Position numbers and translations under genes: made by a program. The notes under the pieces were generated by a model. The model had not been told where the DNA came from. It ran no database searches and saw only the letters and a list, made by a program, of their open reading frames with translations. A DNA stretch of 64,000 bases, from contig NIVC01003567.1 in assembly GCA_002269645.1 (NCBI GenBank), positions 1-64,000 of the forward strand. The letters run 5' to 3'. This DNA is from Macrostomum lignano. Taxonomy: Eukaryota. Shown in pieces: positions 42,522 to 54,500 of the stretch. Position 1 is the first letter of the stretch. Every line of letters starts with the position of its first letter.

Positions 42522-45500
42522 TTAATTACGGCGGCTTGGAGCGCAGTATTTCTCGTAGTACTTCTCCAGGTCAGTCTCTGAAAACGGGGAGGATGGGCAT
42601 CGGGTTGCTTTGTTGACTGCGAGATAAAGAAAGGGAGAGATTGGGAAATGAAGATGAAGGAGGGAGGTGACTGGGGGATGAAGATGAAGGGAGGGAGGAG
42701 ACTAGGAGATAAAGATGTAAATAGGGAAAGTGGGAGATGGAGAGACTGGGAGATGAAGCGAAGGCGGCTGAGGCATGAAAGAAGGGAAAGTGTGGGAGAT
42801 AAAGGGAGACTGGGGGTTAGAGGAAGAGACTGGGAGATGAAGGGAGACAGGGAGGTGGAAGGAGAGACAGGGAGATGAAGGGAGACTGGGAGATGGAGGG
42901 AGAGACTGGTAGATGAAGGGAGATTGGGGAATAAAGGGAGACTAGGGGTTAAACGGAGAGACTAGGAGATAAAGAGAGACAGGGAGATAGAGGGAGAGAC
43001 TGGGAGATGAAGGGGAGACTGGGAGATGAAGGGAGACTTGAAGATGGAGAGAGAAACTGGGAAACGAAGAGATAGACTGGGAAATGAAGGGATAATAGGA
43101 TGGGAGATGAAGGGAGACTGGGAGATGGAGAGAGAGACTGGGAAACGAAGAGATAGACTGGGAAATGAAGGGATAATAGGATGGGAGATGAAGGGAGACT
43201 GGGAGATAAAGGGAGACTAGGGGTTAAAGGGAGAGACTAGGAGATAAAGAGAGACTGGGAGATAGAGGGAGAGACTGGGAGATGAAGGGGAGACTGGGAG
43301 ATGAAGGGGAGACTGGGAGATAAAGGGAGGGAGACTGAGATGAAGGGAAAGAGAAACAGAACGACGTAAACACAGAATGAGTCAGTGCCTCTGAACCAGG
43401 GGTACTCTCATGAGAGCACACCAACAGCCGCTACGCAAGCTCACCTTTGGCCTGACTCATGAGGTTCCACAGTCGCTCTTCATCAGGACTGTGTGGGAAA
43501 ATGCACTTGACTCCGTATCTGCACTGCTTGGTTTTGGCGATATTCTGGCACAGGAAGAACTTCGTTTGCGGCCTGTTGGGGTTCGGCACGGGCGCCCTGG
43601 CGTCGAGGCCGCTGTTGCTGTAGACGATGATGGGCTTCACCCAGGCGTGCTGCCGCTGCTGGCACTGGCTGGGCTTATTGGGGTCGCGCGGCGATCGGCA
43701 CTTGAAGCAGACGGCTTTGAGCAGCTGCTGCTGTGGCTGCGGATTCGCTGCTGAAGGCGCTGAAGCCGCGGCAGCTGCTGACTGGGCGCCGCTGCTTCCA
43801 ACAGTTCCAGTCGAGGAGGCTGCGGCAGCGGCTGAGTTCGATGAGGCCGGAACTGTCGAGGCAGCGGCTGTGGATTTGCGAAGCCTGCAGACAACAGAAA
43901 CATTTTAGGAGATGGGGATTTAGCCTGCAACTGATTGTAAGTGGCTGGAAATTTCCGTGGTATTGAGACCGGGTTTCTTGGAATTAGTATTTCGATTTCT
44001 AGAAATTTGAATTCTGATTAAATTTCGGATTCATATTTTGAAAATTCGGATTGCGCTTCCTAAAAACCAAATTAGGATTCCTAAAATTCAGTTTGTGTTT
44101 CTTAGAAACGAAATTAGGATTCCCAAAATTCGGATTGTGTTTCTTAGAAGCGTAATTAGGATTCCCAGAATTCGGGTTGCGTTTCTTAGAAACGAAATTT
44201 GGGTTTTAAGAATACAGATCAAGTTTCATGAAATTCATACTGGGATTCTTAGAATTTAGACTTAATTTCTCGGATTGCGCTGCTTAGAATCGATATCGGG
44301 GATATCTTACACTTTTGATTCATAAAGACTTAACATTGAGATTAATATTTTAAGAATTAAGACTCAAAAAGTGTTAATCAAAAACAGCACACAGCTCTCA
44401 CCTGCGCACAGCGGCGTCCAGGACCAGCGGCCCACCCGCTCCAGATTCCACAGCTGGCATTCCACTTCGCCGTGCGCGTAGTCGCAGTCGGACCTGAGGC
44501 ACTTGTCCTCCACGTACAGGCGGCAGTTGTAGTACTCCCTGACCGGCTTGCTGCCTGACCGCAGCTGCCGCACCTGGCACCAGTGAGAGGCGCCGGGCGC
44601 CCGGACCAGCAGGCGGGTCTCGGCGCAGGAGTGCCCGGTCGCTGGGTCGTACTTGAACCGGGTGCAGATCACGTCCAGCGGCGTGGAGCACTGGTCGCAG
44701 GCCAGAACCATGGAGTAGTCCGGGACCGACGGGAATTCTGGCGTGGATGCGGCGGCTTGGCCGGCCGTCCGATACTGAGGGAGACGCGGGGGGGGACCCC
44801 AAAATCTTTAAACAATCTCTCCCTGCAGAATGATGGAATAAAAAAACGATCAGAATCCAAATCTACTAAATCTCACCCCTTAGAATCCATCCAAATCTAC
44901 TAAATCTCATCCCTCAGAATCCAAATCTACTAAATCTCACCCCTCAGAATCCAAATCTACTAAATCTCACCCTGGAGAATCCAAACCTACTAAATCTCAC
45001 CCTGGAGAATCCAAACCTACTAAATCTCACCCTGGAGAATCCAAATCTACTAAATCTTAACCCTCAGAATCCAAATACACTAAATCTCACACTATACTTG
45101 TTGTGTATGAACTTTAAGTTCTATGGTTTATGGGTGAAGCCTTATTCATATTTTAAGTATAGCAGCCAGCTACTTCGCTGCTAAAATATACGCGCTGCAG
45201 GCATCTACATGTACATAACGCTGCTATGATCTTTACATAACGCTGCTATGATCTTTACATAACGCTGCTATGATCTTTACATAACGCTGCTATGATCTTT
45301 ACATAACGCTGCTATGATTTTTTACAGTTGCGAGAAAAAGTTAGTGAACCCTGACTGAATTGTCACAAAAATCGCAATAACTTCTTTTAGCCCAAGGAAA
45401 ATATTCTTAGATTTTATTCAAATAAATGATATTTATATTAGTAACTGATTTTGTATATTGTTAGCAAAAATATCGCATAGTTTGGACATTGTTGACTGAA

Positions 45501-48500
45501 AACGTAAAACTGCTGAAGAAAAAGTTAGTGAAGCCAAAAGTTTGTACTATAAACATGCTGATTGTAATCATTCAAACCATTGAAACCACAATGCATGATG
45601 CAATTGCAGACAATCGCGGCACGTTGCACGCAAAATCTGTTGCACCATTGTAGTTTGAATGCAATCATACGCTTGTACAAAGCTATATAAAGCCTTAAAG
45701 GCAGGCTAGCTAACAGCAGTACTTTATTCCAGCATGTATCGTGGCAAAGAGCTCCCAGAGCATTTGAAGCAACTTGTTGTATCAGCTCACAAAACTGGCC
45801 TTGGATACAAGAAAATTGCCAGCCAACTTCAGCTCAGTGCTTCCACTGTTAGAGCTGTCATACACAAATGGCGGAGGCACAACACTGTGACTTCACTGCC
45901 TCGAAGTGGACGACCGGCCAAAATTTCTAAGCGCACAGCAAGGAGACTAGCTCAGACTGTTGACAGTGATCCAACTGTGACTGCTAGTCAACTGCAGCAT
46001 CAGCTTGCTCAATGCGGAATAGAGGTTCACAAATCAACGGTGCAGAAGTCTTTGAACCGTCAAGGACGCCATGGACGAGTTGCTCGCAAGAAGCCTCTTC
46101 TGTCCAAAAAGCATCGCCAAGCTCGCCTAAAATTTGCTCAACAGCAGCTGCAGCAGCCGGACAGCTATTGGCAAAATGTCTTGTGGACAGATGAAACAAA
46201 AATTGAACTGTTTGGGCACATTTCGCAGCGATATGTGTGGCGCAAGCCAAATCAGGCATTTAAACAAAGTAATGTACTGCCAACTGTAAAACATGGAGGT
46301 GGCAGCATCATGCTATGGGGCTGCTGCGCTGCAAGTGGAACTGGAAACATTGTCCGAATTCATGGAATAATGAACTCAGTCATGTATCAGGAAATACTGG
46401 CTGCTAATGTCCGACCTAGCGTGCGAAAGCTGAAACTTGGGCGTAATTGGCTGATGCAGCAAGATAACGACCCAAAGCATACGAGCAAATCCACTCAGGC
46501 ATGGTTTCAGAACAAAAATGTGAAGCTGATGGACTGGCCAAGTCAAAGCCCAGATCTGAACATTATTGAAAATCTTTGGTTCGATCTGAAGAAGGCTGTT
46601 CACGCACGCAGACCTCGGAATCTGGACGAGTTGGAGAGGTTCTGCATTGAAGAATGGGAGAAGATTCCTGCAGAGCGGTGCAGTCGACTGATTGACAGTT
46701 ACAGAAATCGATTGCGGGCCGTTATTGCTGCTAAGGGTGGAGTTACAAAGTATTAGCTGTTGGTATTTGAAACGGGTTCACAAACTTTTTCACCATCCGT
46801 TTTTTGTTTTCGGTCAATTGTGTCAAAACTACGCGATATTTTTGCTAACAAAGTACAAAATTTAGTTACTAAATATAACTATTTTTTTGAATAAAATCTG
46901 AGAATATTTTCCTTGAGCTAAAAAAAGTTATTGCAATTTTTGTGACAATTCAGTCAGGGTTCACTAACTTTTTCTCGCAACTGTACGATCTCTTCCTAAC
47001 TCGGCATCTTGCATTCGTCTTCGTTACTACGAAAAGTACAACATGGCGACGAGGAAAATTTAATTCGCCGCGGGACGATACTGCAGTCACCAAATCTTCA
47101 TACCGATGTCTTCCGGACTCGACTTCCGACTGGGGGAGATGCCGCTGTGCTACCCCGATGTCGAACAGTATTTCAAGCGCCTCGGTTTTTACATTAGCGC
47201 AACGGAAAAGAATGACCAGAGCAAAGCCGTTCTACTTGCTACTTGTGGAGATGCCGCATTTTCACTGATTGAGACACTTGTGCAGCCAGAAGACATTTTA
47301 AACGATACAAAGTGTACGTTCGATTTCATCAAAGAAGCGGTACTGAGCCACTTGAAACCCAAGCGCCTTCTTCACTACGACAGACATCTGCTACATACCA
47401 TGGTCCAAATACAGGGTGAGTCGGTGACAAAGTTTTTGGAGAGACTGAAGACACAGGCCAACAAATGCGAATTCGGCAACCTGCGAGAAGAGTTAATTCT
47501 TTCGCAGTATATTTTCGGACTGGCTGATAATTCTCTGAAGCAAAAATTACTAGTGAAGGAAAAACTGGATCTAGAGACTGCGGTTAAGGATAGTCTCTTA
47601 TCGGAGTCCGTATCTCAAGCTACTGATTCGAGCAAAACCGTCGCAGCAGTGCATAAAACCACTCACAAGAAGACCGGCAGCAACCACAAGTATCCAACGG
47701 TATCCAGGCCAATGCCAACAACGCCGAATCATTCTAAGTCTAGCTGCCATTCCTGTGGTAACCCGGGTCATCTTAGAAATACCTGCAAGTTCCGTAATGC
47801 GACATGTCACAAGTGCGGAAAAACCGGGCACATTGCCAGAGCATGCAGGTCCAACATCGGTGGCAGCAAGAAAGTCACGTACGCGGAAGTTGAAGCAACC
47901 GACGCTGATCCACCTGATTCAGCTGTGTACTCGGTGATCAAGGCTACTCCATGCGACGAACTCTGGAAAATAGTCTGCACGATCGGTGATTCCACAGTCC
48001 ATATGTGCGTCGACTCTGGTAGTCAGGTAACAATTTTGCCAGTAACCATCGTAGAGCAAGCCGGATTGCACATGGTTGACGCGGACATTCGATCACTCAA
48101 AGTTTTCGGGGGAGCTTCAGTTTCCGTACGAGGCATGGCTAAGGACGTCACGATTGAGCTGAGAAACGGCAAAACGGCATGCGGAGACATATATGTCGGG
48201 GACCCATCTAGTCAAGCCATTTTGGGAAAAAATTTTATTCGTGCCTTCAACCTATTGACGGTAGACGAATTTCTGTGCCATCCAGTGCAGTGTGATAAAA
48301 ATTTAAGATTCCAGGCCAGCTTTCGCCTGAAGGACGGGGCCTCTACCGATGGAATGTGCTTTCCTGCCAGATCCCTTCCGTTCTCAATTAAAACTTTGGT
48401 TGAACTGGAGCTGAAAAGACTGGAAAGTGCAGGTATCATCTACCCAGTTCACTCGCCTAAGGTATCGTGCCCTATTGTTCCTGTGTTGAAACCAGAAGGA

Positions 48501-51500
48501 TCAAAGAGACCCATTAGACTGTGTGGAGACTATTCAGTCACTCTCAACAGACTGATAGACCGAGATCGATATCGACTGCCAACTTTGAAATAAATCCTTC
48601 AAAAGATCCCAAATTCGAAAGTGTATTCAGTGCTCGACCTCGAAGACGCATTCTTGCAGATTTCCCTAACGCCAGAAAGTCAAGATCTTACGTGTATTTC
48701 CACCCACGTAGGACATTTTGCCTTCCGCAAGTTACAATTTGGGATATCGGCAGCACCACTGATATTTCAGGAAGTTATGGATATTTTGCTCAAAGGAATA
48801 CCAGGCACTGCTTCTTATCAGGACGACATCATTCTAGGCACTGAAACAGTGGAGCAGCATCGACAGATCCTGGTGCAAGTCAAGGAAAAACTGAAAAAGC
48901 ATGGATTCAAGATCAATGAGCGTAAGACTCAGGAGTGCAAGAAAGAAGTCACATTTCTGGGATTTCTCCTCCGAGATGGGAAACTTTTGCCTGATCCTGC
49001 AAGAGTGGAAGCTCTATCCAACTTGTCAGAGCCAAAAGACCGGGATCAATTGAGAAGTGCTATATGCACCTTAAGACACTACGGGATTTTTTGTCCGAAC
49101 TTCTCTATGATCGCCAAGCCGCTCTATTACCTCCTAAAGAAAGGGGTTCAGTGGAAATGGACTGTCGTTCACTCAAGTGCGTTCTCCCAACTGAAAGCTG
49201 CTGTAACGGAAGGTCGAATCGTTTCTTATGATATAAAAAGGCCGTTGTTTCTAACCTGCGACGCTTCTCAGAGTGGAGTCGGATTTGTGCTGTCCCACGA
49301 CACGAACCAAAAAGAAGTTGTATGGCTGGGAAGCAGAGTTTTGACCAAGGCTGAGGCCAACTACGCCAACATTGAGCGGGAGGCTCTTGCAATTATCGAG
49401 GGTGTAAAATATTTTCATCAATTTCTGGCAGGCCGTCATTTTACAATCATCTCTGATCACAGACCTTTGCAGTACATCTTCTCTACAACGAAAGTTCCTG
49501 ACCGAGTTTCTGCGAGACTCCAGAGATGGGCATTGCTGCTCAGATCCTATGACTACACTGTCACTTACTCAAAAGGAGACACCATGCTCGCAGCAGATAC
49601 TCTGTCCAGAATTCCTTCAACAAACGCTTCTACTTCGTTTTCAAATTTTGATGTCAATCTGCTGGAGGTAAACTCTCTCGTAGAATTTTCTTCTTCTGGG
49701 ACAATTCTTCGGCGTGTCGCCAACACCAGAGACCCTGAAATTGATACTATCAAGAAGTTTGTTACTCAAGGTTGGCCAAGCTACATTTCTAAACAGCTGC
49801 TTCCGTACACCAAATCCAAGGCGGAATACTCCATTCAAAACGGGATTCTGTTCAAAGGGATCCGAATCGTGCCTCCAAAGTCCATGCGCAGAGAAATTCT
49901 TCAAATTCTTCACGAGAATCATCCGGGCATTGTGCGCATGATCAGACTAGCTCGAGAGTACTTCTGGTGGCCTTACATTGACGCCCAGATCAATAGCTTC
50001 GTTCAAAGGTGTCCTTCCTGCCAACTAAATTCGAGAAAGCGAACAAATGCAAATCTGCATTCATGGGAAGATGCAAAGTTCTTCTTCGAACGTGTTCATC
50101 TGGACATAGCATATTTCAAGGAGAAACACTTCTTGGTTCTCATCGACTCCTTCTCTCGGTGGATTGATGTACATCAGCTGTCAAATATCACAGCCAACTC
50201 TCTTATTCCAGCATGCAGACGAACATTTAAGTACATGGGACTTCCAACGTGCATTGTGACTGACAATGGAACCAATTTTCGATCAAAAGAGTTCGCAGAA
50301 TTTCTCAAGAAGAATCTAATTAACCATGTCTTAACACCACCTGGTCATCACCAGTCAAATGGGATTGTGGAAAGAGCTATCCAAGAGTTGAAAGTGACTC
50401 TGAAGCAGAACAGTAATGACATAGGTTCCGAATGTGAGAAGGTGTTGATATCATTCTGCCTTTCGAAGAACACTACACCGAATTCCGAAGGAGCGATTCC
50501 TGCTGCACAACTGTTTATGCAACGCCCAAGAACGCGCCTCACTGCAACCTTTACAGAATGGGACAAACCGCTAACTACCCCAATTCCTGTCTACATCAAC
50601 GTAGAAGGAAAGTCAGACAAGGTCCCAGAAGAAATCCAAGGACTTCATGGATCAAATACCTACTTGGACAGCAAAGGACGGGTTGTCCATGCATCTGATG
50701 CAACGCCAAGGACTACAGAGAACTCACAAGAGATTACCTCGCCTGGACCTGCCAATGTTGGCAGCAGCAATGATAAGGAAATCGAAACTATGACTCCTGC
50801 TGAAGTGGAGACAACCAGCGATCAAAGTCCCGAGTACCAAATTTCTCGTCGAAGTCAGAGGCTCCGAAAAGCCCCTGATCGGCTGACCTATTCCTGATTT
50901 ATTTGATCGTTAGACAAAATAGAAAACAGTCATTTATTTCTCTCCAGGTTAATTGCTAAAATGTGGGGGTGTTGTGTATGAACTTTAAGTTCTATGGTTT
51001 ATGGGTGAAGCCTTATTCATATTTTAAGTATAGCAGCCAGCTACTTCGCTGCTAAAATATACGCGCTGCAGGCATCTACGATCTCTTCCTAACTCGGCAT
51101 CTTGCATTCGTCTTCGTTACTACGAAAAGTACAACAATACTCCAAAACAACAAAATCTCATTCTAGAAGACACCCAACCCACAAAATCTCAGTCTAGAAG
51201 ACACCCAACCCACAAAATCTCAGCCTAAAGACACCCAACCCACAAAATCTCATTCTAGAAGACACCCAACCCACAAAATCTCAGTCTAGAAGACACCCAA
51301 CCCACAAAATCTCAGTCTAGAAGACACCCAACTCACAAAATCTCAGTCTAGAAGACACCCAACTCACAAAATCTCAGTCTAGAAGACACCCAATCCACAA
51401 AATCTGTCTAGAAGACACCCAACTCACAAAATCTCAGTCTAGAAGACACCCAACCCAAAAAATCTCAGTCTAGAAGACACCCAACTCACAAAATCTCAGT

Positions 51501-54500
51501 CTAGAAGACACCCAACCCACAAAATATCAGTCTAGATGACACCCAACCCACAAAATCTCAGTCTAGAAGACACCCAACCCACAAAATCTATCTAGAAGAC
51601 ACCCAACCCACAAAATCTGTCTAGAAGACACCCAACTCACAAAATCTCAGTCTAGAAGACACCCAACTCACAAAATCTCAGTCTAGAAGACACCCAACTC
51701 ACAAAATCTCAGTCTAGAAGACACCCAACCCACAAAATCTCAGTCTAGAAGACACCCAACTCACAAAATCTCAGTCTAGAAGACACGCAACCCACAAAAT
51801 CTCAAGCCACAATTCACAGTCTCACCGTTGGGAAGGCGGCATTTATAGGGAATCCCCCGCTGGCGGAAGTCTTTACCTCCATTAACGGCGAGATGATCGA
51901 GGCGGCCGGAGCAGATGGCGCGAACTTCTGACCGATTGGCCTGAGCAGAGGCGCCGGTTCGTCGAAATTGTCCAATGAGTTCAAGTAGCTTTGCGACTTC
52001 TTAGCGCCCTGCTGCTGCTGCTGCTGCTGCTGGGCGGCCGCGGGCAGGGCAGCGGCGAAGCCGGGGGCGGAGTCCGGTGTGAGAAGAGACTGGCTGGCCT
52101 GCGGATCGGAAAGGTCAAATGAAGGTCAAATTGCGCTAATAATCAAATGAAAATCAGCCTTGCGCTTTTACTGCCAGTTGGTGCAGGTTAAGCAAGCCTG
52201 ATGGTGGTTAGTACGACAAGAATGTCGCAGTGAGTAAGGTAGTTACACTAGAATCTTAAGTGTCAGGGAACAGAGATGGAAATCTCCAACTGTCTACTAG
52301 CAGTAGGCTGTACCCAGCTTAGCATAGCCGGCAAAATCGCTCACCGACTGAGAGGCGGATGCCGACGCGGCAGCAGCAGCCGAGTAGAGCGACGCCGTCT
52401 GCGGCTGCGGCGGCTCGTCGTTGAAGTCGTCCAAAGAGTTCAAATAGTCGCCCCCGCTGCGGCCCACCATCGGCTGGCTGTGGTCCGGGCTGAGCAAGGA
52501 AGCCGGCCGGGCAGCGGGCAGGCCGGGATCGTAGCCGCCATAGTACACCTGCTGCTGCTCCTCCGCCTCGTCTCCTGGTGGAATCAAAGCTACGGCAGGC
52601 TGCAGACTCTGCCTGGCCTGATCAATAAAACGGGCCACGTTGAACTGGTCATCGCACTGCAGATTCCACAGGTGAAGTTCTTCGTGCCCGTGCGGGAACG
52701 GGCACTCCAAGCCGAGCTGACAGCGCTGCTTGCGGGCGAAGTGCCGGCAGAAATTGGTGAACTCCTGCCTGAAGTAGTCGGGCGGCGACCGGATAAGCTT
52801 CCAACCTTCGGAGGCTTTCTCGCGCTGACAGACGAACAGGCAGTCCAGCTGGCAGGCGTGGCCGGAGCTGTGGTTGTCCAACATGCAGTAGGCGAACCCG
52901 TTCTGCCCGAGCAGCTCGGCCACGCAGTCCAGACAGCCCAGGCGGTACTGGTGCGTGCTGTCTAGTGGGAACTCCAGCTGATCTGCGTCCGCCTCCGCCT
53001 CGTTGCCATAGTCTTTTGAGTCCTTAGCAACGCTGTACATGGTATCGTAGCTGGCGGTGTCGCTGTAACCATAGAGACCGGATGAACCGCCGAAGGAGGA
53101 AGCCTGTATAGGGATTAAACCGATTTGATGAACAGCACGACCGGCGTTCTTGGGATTTAAGAGGGTGGCCCAGCAACTGGGGATCTGGGAGGCTGGCCCA
53201 GCAACTGACACTCTGGAAGGCTGGCCCAGCAACTGGGGATCTGGGAGGCTGGCCCAGCAACTGGGGATCTGGGAGGCTGGCCCAGCAACTGAGGATCCGG
53301 GAGGCTGGCCCAGCAACTGAGGATCTGGGAGGCTGGCCCAGCAACTGGGGATCTGGGAGGCTGGCCCAGCAACTGAGGATCTGGGAGGCTGGCAGCCCAG
53401 CAACTGACACTCTGGGAGGCTGGCCAAGCAACTGAGGATCTGGGAGGCTGGCCCAGCAACTGAGAATCTGGGAGGCTGGCCAAGCAACTGAGAATCTGGG
53501 AGGCTGGCCCAGCAACTGAGAATCTGGGAGGCTGGCCCAGCAACTGAGAATCTGGGAGGCTGGCCAAGCAACTGAGGATCTGGGAGGCTGGCCAGGCAAC
53601 TGAGAATCTGGGAGGCTGGCCCAGCAACTGAGGATCTGGGAGGCTGGCCCATCAACTGAGGATCTGGGAGGCTGGCCCATCAACTGAGGATCTGGGAGGC
53701 TGGTGGCCCAGCAACTGAGGATCTGGGAGGCTGGCCAGGCAACTGAGGATCTGGGAGGCTGGCCCAGCAACTGGAGATCTGGGAGGCTGGCCAAGCAACT
53801 GAGGATCTGGGAGGCTGGCCCATCAACTGAGGATCTGGGAGGCTGGTGGCCCAGCAACTGAGGATCTGGGAGGCTGGCCAGGCAACTGAGGATCTGGGAG
53901 GCTGGCCCAGCAACTGGAGATCTGGGAGGCTGGCCAAGCAACTGAGGATCTGGGAGGCTGGCCCAGCAACTGGGGATCTGGGAGGCTGGCCAGGCAACTG
54001 AGGATCTGGGAGGCTGGCCCAGCAACTGAGGATCTGGGAGGCTGTCCCAGCAACTGAGAATCTGGGAGGCTGGCCCAGCAACTGAGGATCTGGGAGGCTG
54101 GCCCAGCAACTGGGGATCTGGGAGGCTGGTGGCCCAGCAACTGAGGATCTGGGAGGCTGGTGGCCCAGCAACTGAGGATCTGGGAGGCTGGCCCAGCAGC
54201 TGGGGATCTGGGAGGCTGGCCAAGCAACTGAGGACCTGGGAGGCTGGCCCAGCAGCTGGGGATCTGGGAGGCTGGCCAGGCAACTGAGGATCTGGGAGGC
54301 TGGCCCAGCAGCTGGGGATCTGGGAGGCTGGCGGTGGTGACCCAAGAGAGTGGAATGTATGGATCGAAGCTCCAGACTCACAGGCTGTGCAGAACTGTCT
54401 CCGAGTCCAAAGTTCGAAATTCGAGCGGCGGCCGCCTGGGCTGGCGGTGGCTTTTTCTGCGGACTTGCCGCCGCCGTGTTGACTTTCAGCTGGTTGACAA

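Larger units (their letters stand above)
45099..51136 (+). mobile_element. Ty3/Gypsy LTR retrotransposon (Mag-like), full length, antisense in intron 3 of the ZC3H7-like gene
   Basis: 167-bp LTRs TGTTGT...ACAACA (5' LTR 45099-47043 interrupted by Tc1; 3' LTR 50970-51136), identical by eye. 5-bp TSD ATACT. PBS TGGCGACGAGGA at 47044 (matches tRNA-Ser(GCT) 3' end). G-rich PPT before 50970. Confidence 0.96.

Noticed and set aside
48591-48593. Programmed gag-pol stop-codon readthrough
   Set aside because: The stop lies after protease, within the start of RT, not at the gag/pol boundary.
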